A stretch of DNA of 32,000 nucleotides from Geobacter metallireducens GS-15 (GTDB lineage: Bacteria > Desulfobacterota > Desulfuromonadia > Geobacterales > Geobacteraceae). The stretch spans positions 810,001-842,000 of the forward strand of contig NC_007517.1 of the NCBI RefSeq assembly GCF_000012925.1. The letters run 5' to 3'. This document shows, piece after piece, positions 17,133 through 24,000 of the stretch (positions are counted from its first letter, which is position 1; every line of letters starts with the position of its first letter). The notes below the pieces were generated by a model, which had not been told where the DNA came from, made no database searches, and saw nothing but the letters and a program-made list of their open reading frames with translations. The position numbers and the translations under genes were made by a program.

Positions 17133-17293
17133 GCGCCACCTCCATGGGTTGAGTTTGCTTCCTACCTCAGAAACAGACCCCCGTACCTATGGAAGGCGGG
17201 CGTTGCTCTTCGACAACCCGGCTATCCTGACCATGGAGTCAGGACCCGTGGCTTTGCGTCCTCCGGTTACCCGAAGTTTGCCCTCTCGGAAAC
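15912..17293. repeat. Direct repeat copy 2 (near-identical to 13057..14438)
   Basis: See copy 1. I counted about 8 mismatches in the ~300 nt next to the 3' junction and very few elsewhere. Confidence 0.9.
17208..17293 (-). promoter_or_regulatory. GEMM-I riboswitch aptamer, copy 2, in the leader of S8 peptidase B
   Basis: Same sequence as copy 1 (offset +2855) except for 2 substitutions (17262, 17285). One converts a predicted U.G pair of P2 into U-A, which is consistent with the proposed helix. Confidence 0.75.
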
Positions 17294-17350
17294 ATGTTTG
17301 TTATAAAACAGAGCAAAAAATACCAGATAATAGTGTGTTAATCAAGGAGT

Positions 17351-17366
17351 CGTGACGGTTGTCACA
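17351..17366. promoter_or_regulatory. CRP-type palindrome CGTGA-N6-TCACA upstream of S8 peptidase B leader
   Basis: CGTGACGGTTGTCACA lies about 65 nt upstream of the aptamer 5' end, at almost the same distance as box 1, although the surrounding sequence is outside the duplicated segment. Confidence 0.45.
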
Positions 17367-17506
17367 GAAATTATTAATAGCTCATTGAGGTGCCTTTGCA
17401 GAACTATCGCCCGTCAGCTTCGCGTATGAATGCTTGAGCCTGCTGTACCGTTTGGGGTACTATCGGCATAGAGTATCGTTCAGACGTCATTCTCAAGGGT
17501 TAAGTC

Positions 17507-18049
17507 ATGAAAATCCTCCTCCATATGTGCTGCGGGCCGTGCGCCGCCTATCCGGTTGAGCAACTCCGGGGCCAAGGCGCGGCGGTGACCGGCTACTGGT
17601 TCAACCACAATATCCACCCCTATCAGGAGTACATGCGTCGTCGCGACACGGTGCGGGCGTATGCGGAAAAGGTGAGGCTCGATGTGATCTGGCGCGACGA
17701 GTACCGGCTGGAGGAGTTCCTGGCCGCGGTGGCCCAGAACCCGGACGATCGCTGCTTTTACTGCTACTTCTCTCGTCTTGATGCTGTCGCGGCCGCAGCA
17801 GCGGCAGGAGGATTCGACGCGTTCAGTTCCACGCTCCTCTACAGCCGCTACCAGAAGCATGACGCGATCCGCGACTGCGCCGAGCGGGCGGCAGAGCGTC
17901 ACGGCGTGGCCTTCCATTACGACGACTACCGGCGGGGATGGCAGGAGGGGATCCGCCTCTCCAAGGAGCTGGGGCTCTACCGCCAGCAGTACTGCGGCTG
18001 CATTTACAGCGAGAAGGAACGGTATCATCCGCGGGAAGGGGCGAAGTGA
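17507..18049 (+). CDS. queH: Epoxyqueuosine reductase QueH (DUF208 family)
   Basis: 180 aa. MKILLHMCCGPCAAYP (HxCCxPC) and YRQQYCGCIYSEKERY are hallmark DUF208/QueH motifs. Confidence 0.85.
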   Translation: MKILLHMCCGPCAAYPVEQLRGQGAAVTGYWFNHNIHPYQEYMRRRDTVRAYAEKVRLDVIWRDEYRLEEFLAAVAQNPDDRCFYCYFSRLDAVAAAAAAGGFDAFSSTLLYSRYQKHDAIRDCAERAAERHGVAFHYDDYRRGWQEGIRLSKELGLYRQQYCGCIYSEKERYHPREGAK

Positions 18050-18261
18050 TGCAGGGGCTCGGCAAATCGCTCATCGTCTTCGGGCTCATCATTGCCGCCA
18101 TCGGAGTCGCCCTCACCTTCGCCGGCAAGATTCCCTGGCTCGGCCGGCTTCCCGGCGATATCTACGTGAAGCGCGACAACTTCACCTTCTACTTCCCCCT
18201 CGCCACGAGCATCCTCATCTCCGTGATTCTTTCCCTCATCCTCTGGCTTCTGAGGAAGTGA
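18049..18261 (+). CDS. DUF2905-family small membrane protein
   Basis: 70 aa: MQGLGKSLIVFGLIIAAIGVALTFAGKIPWLGRLPGDIYVKRDNFTFYFPLATSILISVILSLILWLL. The ATG overlaps the queH stop by 1 nt (TGATG). Confidence 0.75.
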   Translation: MQGLGKSLIVFGLIIAAIGVALTFAGKIPWLGRLPGDIYVKRDNFTFYFPLATSILISVILSLILWLLRK

Positions 18262-18357
18262 GCATCTTCTGTTAAAATCCCTCAAGTTTTGTCACTGTTG
18301 CCCGATACGTGCTACAAGCTGCAACAACGTGAAACGGCTGTTTGAACGGAGGTCCCC

Positions 18358-19419
18358 GTGGCGATCAATGACATGAACGCGGTCTTTCTCGAAGTTATCG
18401 AGTGGTTCGACGACAGCGGCCGGGAGATGGTCCGCCGCATACCTCCCCAGGGGTCGGCGGAGATCAAATTCGGCTCCCAGTTGGTGGTGCGGGAGAGCCA
18501 GCGGGCGGTCTTCTTCAAGGACGGCAAGGTCGCCGACTGCTTCGGCCCGGGGCGTCATACCCTCACGAGCGCCAACCTCCCGATCCTGACCAAGCTCCTG
18601 GCGCTCCCCTGGGGGTTCACCTCACCCTTCCGCTGCGAAGTCTGCTTCGTGGGGATGCACACCTTTACCGATCTCCGCTGGGGGACCAAGGAGCCGGTCC
18701 CCTTCCGTGACAGCCGCTTCGGCATGGTACGTCTGCGGGCCTTCGGCTCCTACACCCTGCGGGTTGTGGAGCCCCAGCTCCTGGTGAACGCCCTGGTGGG
18801 GACCCGGGGGCTCTACACGGCCGCCGAGCTGGAGGAGTTCTTCCGGGACATCATCGTGGCGCGGCTGAACGACTACCTGGGTGAGACCATCGACACGGTC
18901 CTTGACCTCCCGGCCCGGTACGACGAGATGGCTTCAGCCCTCAAGGAGCGTCTTGCCGGGGATTTCGGCGGTTTTGGCATCGAGATGGCCGAACTCTACG
19001 TGAATGCGATTACGCCGCCGCCGGAGGTCCAGAAGGTCATTGACGAGCGCAGCTCCATGGAGGCGGCCGGGGACGTGGACCGCTATCTGAAGTTCAAGGC
19101 GGCCCAGAGCCTGGAGAAGGCGGCCTCGGCGGAAGGGGGCGGCGAGGCGGCCCAAGGGATGGGGCTCGGCCTTGGGGCCGGTCTCGGCATGATCCTCCCC
19201 GGCATGGTGGCCAACGCCATGGGGGGAGGGGGGGCGAAACCGGCACCGGCTCCTGCGGGAGGGGGGTGTCCCCGTTGTGCAACGCCGCTTGTGGCTGGGG
19301 CCAGGTTCTGCCACCAGTGCGGCGCTGCCGCGGAACCCGGCTTTTGCGCCGGCTGCGGCAAGGAGCTGCCGGGGGATGCCCGGTTCTGCCCCGGGTGCGG
19401 ACGGCCCGCCGGAGGATAG
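18358..19419 (+). CDS. SPFH/Band-7-domain protein (COG4260 'virion core protein-like' type) with Gly-rich linker and C-terminal double zinc ribbon
   Basis: 353 aa. GTG start with a GGAGG SD 5 nt upstream. The N-terminus ...[20 protein letters not shown]...[22 protein letters not shown] is typical of this SPFH subfamily. C-terminus: [19 protein letters not shown] and [19 protein letters not shown]. Confidence 0.8.
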   Translation: MAINDMNAVFLEVIEWFDDSGREMVRRIPPQGSAEIKFGSQLVVRESQRAVFFKDGKVADCFGPGRHTLTSANLPILTKLLALPWGFTSPFRCEVCFVGMHTFTDLRWGTKEPVPFRDSRFGMVRLRAFGSYTLRVVEPQLLVNALVGTRGLYTAAELEEFFRDIIVARLNDYLGETIDTVLDLPARYDEMASALKERLAGDFGGFGIEMAELYVNAITPPPEVQKVIDERSSMEAAGDVDRYLKFKAAQSLEKAASAEGGGEAAQGMGLGLGAGLGMILPGMVANAMGGGGAKPAPAPAGGGCPRCATPLVAGARFCHQCGAAAEPGFCAGCGKELPGDARFCPGCGRPAGG

Positions 19420-19422
19420 CCG

Positions 19423-20140
19423 GTGACCGTGTCCTGCCCCCAATGCGGCGCCTCGGTCGAGGCCCGCACCGAGACCCGCTTCCACCACTGCCCCTTCTGC
19501 ACCTCCTCCTTTGTGGCGGAAGAGGGAAGGGGGATTGTCGAATATTACCTGGCCCACAGCCGGGATGACCGGTTGGCATGGAGCACCCTCGCCTCCACCC
19601 TGGAGGGTGGGGGGGATGATTCGCCGGTGGAGCGGCTCGGCTGCGAGTATCTCGTGGCCCCCTTCTGGCTCTCCCGCTCCGGCGGCGGAACGCGCCTCGT
19701 CCCGGCCCTGCGGCACCCGTGGTTCGGGATGGCATCCCTGGTTCTCCCCGGGGGGGATCTCCTCTACGTACCGAAGGGAAGCGATTTCACCCCGCCCGAC
19801 ATCCCCGTGGCCGAGGCCCTGGGGGGACGGGGCCGGGAGGGAGCCCGGCTCCTTGGCCCTCGTCCATCTTCCCCTCTATCTCCTCACCTTCCGCGTTGGC
19901 GGCAGTGATTGCCGGGCCGTGGTATCGGCGGTGGACCGCCGGGCGTATCTCCTGGATCCCCTGCCACGGAGCGCCGTTACGCTTCCGCTGCGCCACGTGG
20001 CGCTGGTGGTGGGGTATTCCCTGCTCCTTGTCATCGTCGGCATGGCGGTGAAGAACCACCTCCACCGGGCCATTGCCTTCGCCATCATCTTCGGAATGGC
20101 ATATTTCTCCTTCAATGCGTTTCTCCGGCGGGAGGCCTGA
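19423..20140 (+). pseudogene. Zinc-ribbon / C-terminal double-TM protein (paralog of the next gene), reading frame interrupted by an apparent 1-nt frameshift
   Basis: The N-terminal part (MTVSCPQCG...HHCPFC...APFWLSR...) is in frame 1 up to about 19830. The C-terminal part (...SLALVHLPLYLLTFRVGG... plus TM helices) is in frame 2 and ends at 20140. The total length of 718 nt is not a multiple of 3. Both halves align with the 20141..21118 protein. Confidence 0.55.
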
Positions 20141-21118
20141 ATGGCCGAGCAGCAGACCGTCACCATCTCCTGTCCCCAGTGTGCAAGCCCCTTCTCCTTC
20201 CGGGAGGGTGACCGCAACGCCCGGTGCCCCTCCTGCGGCACCTCCCTTGCCATCTCGGGGGAGGCGGGGATTTCCCGATTCTGGATCGAGGAGCGGATCG
20301 ACCTGGCCCAGGCCCGGGCCAATGCCCGCAGGGCCGTGGCCGCGGCAGGCGGCGACCCGGATGTGGTGGAGCGGCTCCGGTTCGAGGGGGGCGAGCTTTG
20401 CTTTCTCCCCTTCTGGCGGTTGCGGGGGCACGCCGCCGGCTGGCTCTGGACCGAGCGGGAAACGGTGACGCGGGAGGAAGAGTACGACGAGAACGGCATG
20501 AAGACGGTGCGGGAGGTGCGGGGCCCCAACCAGTGCGCCACCGAGAGCGTCATGGTGGCGGTGGACTACAGCTCTCCGGCCTGCGATGTGTCGCGCTTCG
20601 GCCTGCGGGGGATCGCCGTGGCCGGCGCCGTCCTTCCCCTCCGGGGGATGGATTTCGTTCTCGTCTCCGGCCGGGGGACGGTGTTCGACCCGGTGAAGGA
20701 CCCCGACGAGGTGCGGCGGGAGGCGGTGGCTCAGGCCAGGGCCAGGGGCGGGGGAAACGGGGTGATCCGCTCCACGGGGCGCTTCTCCCTCTGCGGGGAG
20801 CGCCTCGCCCTCATCTCGTACCCGGTCTGGAGCCTCACCTTCGCCCGTGACGAACGCCTCTATCCCGTCACCGTTGACGGGGTGAACGGCCGGGTTCTGG
20901 CGGGGCGGCTTCCGGGGAGCACTCGCCTGACGCTCCTGCGCCCCCTCCTTACGGTGACGCTCCTCGTGTTCGCCTTCACGCTCCATCAGCTTCTCGGCGC
21001 CGCCGTCGCCGTGGGGTTCCTGGGGTGGCTGGCCGCCAACGGCGGGCTCTCTCCGGAGCGGCTTGCCGGCTGGTTTTTCGCCCTCGTGGAGCGGCAGAGG
21101 GAGGTGGAGCTTGGCTGA
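20141..21118 (+). CDS. Zinc-ribbon protein with C-terminal TM helices, unknown function
   Basis: 325 aa. CPQCASPFSF...ARCPSCG zinc ribbon, FLPFWRLRG motif, ISYPVWSLTFARDERLYPVTVDGVNGRV, then hydrophobic LLTVTLLVFAFTL / AVAVGFLGWLAA. The ATG abuts the preceding stop (TGAATG). GGGAGG SD. Confidence 0.7.
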   Translation: MAEQQTVTISCPQCASPFSFREGDRNARCPSCGTSLAISGEAGISRFWIEERIDLAQARANARRAVAAAGGDPDVVERLRFEGGELCFLPFWRLRGHAAGWLWTERETVTREEEYDENGMKTVREVRGPNQCATESVMVAVDYSSPACDVSRFGLRGIAVAGAVLPLRGMDFVLVSGRGTVFDPVKDPDEVRREAVAQARARGGGNGVIRSTGRFSLCGERLALISYPVWSLTFARDERLYPVTVDGVNGRVLAGRLPGSTRLTLLRPLLTVTLLVFAFTLHQLLGAAVAVGFLGWLAANGGLSPERLAGWFFALVERQREVELG

Positions 21119-21764
21119 CCGGCACGACCTCCGCGTCATCCCTCTCCGCTGTCCGGCCTGCGGCGCCACCCTTGAAGCGGGCGGAGAGGATGTCATCTAT
21201 CCCTGCAAGCCGTGCGGCTCCTACCGGGAACTGGTGGGGGAAGAGCTGGTGCAGCGGGAGATTGTCCACGTGGCAGGCCCCGACTTGGACGCTCCCCCGG
21301 CCGCGCGGCGGGAGATGCCGCGGCTCCCCTTCTGGGTCTTCCCCTTCCGGGCGGTCACGGTCGGTGGTGAGGTGGCCACCCTCCGGGAGTATCTGGCCCT
21401 GGCGGGCTCAGTCTCCCCGCTCTCGCCGGGCCGGGGGGAGAAGTCTCCCCTGGTCTTTGTACCGGCCTTCGCTGCCAAGTCAGCCTCGCTTCTCAGGGCC
21501 GGTCGCCTCCTGACCCTCCGATCCCCCGCCTTTGGTCGCTCCGCCGGCGTCCCTTCGCGCATTGCCCCCATCGTCTTCCGTGAGGCCGATGCCCGTGCCC
21601 TGACCGAAGCAGTGGTGCTCGCCACCGTCGCCACGGAGCGGCGCGTGAACCAGCGGTTTCTCGACTCTTTTGCAGTTCGGTGCGGGGCCGGCCGACTCCT
21701 CTCGATCCCCTTCGACGACCGGGAAGGAAGGCTCCATCAGCCCGATCTCGATCTGGAGATATAG
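21111..21764 (+). CDS. Soluble zinc-ribbon protein, third paralog, unknown function
   Basis: LRCPACGATL...YPCKPCG zinc ribbon, LPFWVFPFR motif, LLSIPFDDREGRL. I prefer TTG 21111 (GGAGG SD 6 nt upstream, 8-nt overlap with the preceding stop) over the listed ATG 21063. Confidence 0.55.
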   Translation: MADRHDLRVIPLRCPACGATLEAGGEDVIYPCKPCGSYRELVGEELVQREIVHVAGPDLDAPPAARREMPRLPFWVFPFRAVTVGGEVATLREYLALAGSVSPLSPGRGEKSPLVFVPAFAAKSASLLRAGRLLTLRSPAFGRSAGVPSRIAPIVFREADARALTEAVVLATVATERRVNQRFLDSFAVRCGAGRLLSIPFDDREGRLHQPDLDLEI

Positions 21765-21840
21765 GGAAGATGCTTGTCTTTTTCGCCATTCCTGCTACGT
21801 TTTAACCGTGTGATGACAGACCATTGAGGAGGATTCGACC

Positions 21841-22161
21841 ATGATCGAGCTTATCGAAAAAGCGGTTCTGACCGGCCTGGGGGTTGTGTCCCTCTCCCAG
21901 AAGAAGGCCGAGGAGTTGGTGTCCGACCTGAAGGAGAAGTACAAGGTGGGGGAAGACGAGGGGAAGGCGCTCGTGGAGAAACTCCAGAACATGGCCAAGG
22001 ATGCCCGTGAGCGGGTCGCCGAGATGGCGGACCAGGAGGTCAAGAGGGCTATCGAGCGGCTCGGCCTCGTCCCACGCGAAGAGTACGACCGTCTCGTGAA
22101 GCGGGTGGATGTCCTGGAGGCGAAGCTCTCCACCTGCACCGAACCCGGCACTGAATGCTGA
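21841..22161 (+). CDS. Phasin-like / COG3937-type small coiled-coil protein
   Basis: 106 aa: MIELIEKAVLTGLGVVSLSQKKAEELVSDLKEK...LGLVPREEYDRLVKRVDVLEAKL. GAGGAGG SD. The 3' end overlaps the UbiB start by 7 nt. Confidence 0.6.
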   Translation: MIELIEKAVLTGLGVVSLSQKKAEELVSDLKEKYKVGEDEGKALVEKLQNMAKDARERVAEMADQEVKRAIERLGLVPREEYDRLVKRVDVLEAKLSTCTEPGTEC

Positions 22162-23840
22162 CGTTCATCCAGCTCAACCGCAATATTCGGAGCCTGCGGC
22201 GCTACCGGCAGATTGTCCGCGTCCTCTTCAAGTTCGGCTTCGACCATGCGCTGGAGCTCATGGGGCTCTCCCAGTTCGTGGCCCGGGGGCGCAAGCTCTT
22301 CCGCAGGCCGGCGTCGGAGCTTGCTCTCCTCTCGCCTGCCGAGCGGATGCGCCTCTCTCTGGAGGAGTTGGGACCCACCTTTGTGAAGCTGGGGCAGATC
22401 CTCTCCACCCGACCCGACGTCATTCCCCGCAGCTTCATCCTGGAATTCGCCAAGCTCCAGGATCAGGTGCCGTCGTTCCCCTTCGAGGCGGTGGAGGACC
22501 AGATCCGCAAGCACCTGGGACGGGAGCCGTCCGAGTGCTATTCCTTTATCGACTCCGAGCCCCTGGCCGCCGCCTCCATTGCCCAGGTCCACCGGGCCCG
22601 GCTCGTCTCCGGCGAGGATGTGGTCATCAAGGTCCGCCGTCCCGGCGTCGTGGGGCTCGTGGAGACCGATGTGGACGCCATGATGGGGCTCGCGATGCTG
22701 GCCGAGCGGCACCTCCCCGGCAGCGACCTCTACGATCCCGTGGGGCTCGTGAAGGAGTTTGCCCGCACCATCCGGCGAGAGATGGATTTCTCCCGGGAGG
22801 CCCATACCATCGAGAAGTTCGCCGAGAACTTCGCCGGCGACCCCACCCTCCATTTCCCCACGGTCTACTGGGGCCAGACCGCCGGCGGGGTCCTGACCAT
22901 GGAGCACGTGGACGGGATCAAGGTCTCGGACACGGCGGCCCTGGATGCGGCGGGGCTCGACCGCAAGCTCCTCGCCCGGCGGGGGGCCGATGCCTTCCTC
23001 AAGATGGTCCTCATCCACGGCTTCTTCCACGGCGACCCCCATCCGGGCAACGTCCTGATCCTCCCCAACAACGTCATCTGCCTCCTGGACTACGGCATGG
23101 TGGGGCGCCTCGACACCCAGCTCAAGGGGTACCTGACCGACATCCTCCTGGCCATCGTGCAGCGTGATGTGGACGAGGTGATCTCGCTGCTGCTCTACTC
23201 CGGGGACATTACCGACACCCTCGACACCCGGGCCCTGCGGCGGGACCTGTCGGGGCTCATCGACAGCTACTACGAGGTGCCGCTCCAGCAGATCGAGGTG
23301 GGGCGGATGCTCCTTGAATTCCTGGAGGTGATCACCACCTACCACATCCGGTTCCAGCCCGACCTGATGCTCCTGGCCAAGGCCCTGGTGGCCATCGAGG
23401 GGATGGGGCGGGAGCTGGACCCCGACTTCGACATGGTGGAGCACCTGCGTCCCTTCATGAAAAAGGCCCTGCGGGACCGGTTCTCGCCGGAACACCTCGT
23501 GCGCGAAATGGGCTCGCACATCACCTCCTACGTGACCCTGTTCCGCAATCTTCCCAAGGATTTGAAGGAGTTCCTCAACCGGATCAATCGCAACAAATTC
23601 AAGATCGATCTGGAGCACCGGGGGCTCGACCGGGCCCTCAGGGACTTCGACAAGTCCATCAACCGCCTCTCCTCCAGCCTCATCATCGCCGCCCTTATCG
23701 TCGGTTCATCCATCATCATGCAGACCGACAAGGGGCCGAAGATCTTCGAATTTCCCATCTTCGCCTTCATGGGATACACCATCGCCGGCTTCATCGGCCT
23801 CTGGTGGGTCTTCGCCATCATCCGCTCCGGCAGGCTGTAG
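22155..23840 (+). CDS. ubiB: ABC1/UbiB-family atypical protein kinase with C-terminal TM helices
   Basis: 561 aa. EELGPTFVKLGQILSTRPDVIP, PLAAASIAQVHRA, REMDF..E, FFHGDPHPGNVL, LDYGMVG are typical ABC1/AarF/UbiB motifs. Two C-terminal TM segments. Confidence 0.85.
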   Translation: MLTFIQLNRNIRSLRRYRQIVRVLFKFGFDHALELMGLSQFVARGRKLFRRPASELALLSPAERMRLSLEELGPTFVKLGQILSTRPDVIPRSFILEFAKLQDQVPSFPFEAVEDQIRKHLGREPSECYSFIDSEPLAAASIAQVHRARLVSGEDVVIKVRRPGVVGLVETDVDAMMGLAMLAERHLPGSDLYDPVGLVKEFARTIRREMDFSREAHTIEKFAENFAGDPTLHFPTVYWGQTAGGVLTMEHVDGIKVSDTAALDAAGLDRKLLARRGADAFLKMVLIHGFFHGDPHPGNVLILPNNVICLLDYGMVGRLDTQLKGYLTDILLAIVQRDVDEVISLLLYSGDITDTLDTRALRRDLSGLIDSYYEVPLQQIEVGRMLLEFLEVITTYHIRFQPDLMLLAKALVAIEGMGRELDPDFDMVEHLRPFMKKALRDRFSPEHLVREMGSHITSYVTLFRNLPKDLKEFLNRINRNKFKIDLEHRGLDRALRDFDKSINRLSSSLIIAALIVGSSIIMQTDKGPKIFEFPIFAFMGYTIAGFIGLWWVFAIIRSGRL

Positions 23841-24000
23841 CTACATCCTTGCTGTTGCATTAATGCAACACTGGTCGTGGCGCCAGCACCACACCCGCAG
23901 CGCCGACGCCCCACTTTGAATGGTAACCTCTGTCCGCAACTGCTCTAAATTATTGAATATGTGCTTTGTGTGATGGTTGGCTCGGTAGTTCGCGATCTTC

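Noticed and set aside
21063-21110. ATG 21063 as start of the third zinc-ribbon gene
   Set aside because: It would overlap the preceding gene by 56 nt and has no SD. TTG 21111 has a GGAGG 6 nt upstream. The start remains uncertain.
19787-21196. 469-aa minus-strand ORF
   Set aside because: It is antisense to the tightly coupled zinc-ribbon genes. The translation is Pro/Arg/Gly/Glu-rich with no motifs and no SD.
21795-23618. 607-aa minus-strand ORF
   Set aside because: It is antisense to the ABC1/UbiB kinase gene, which carries canonical kinase motifs. This is a shadow ORF.
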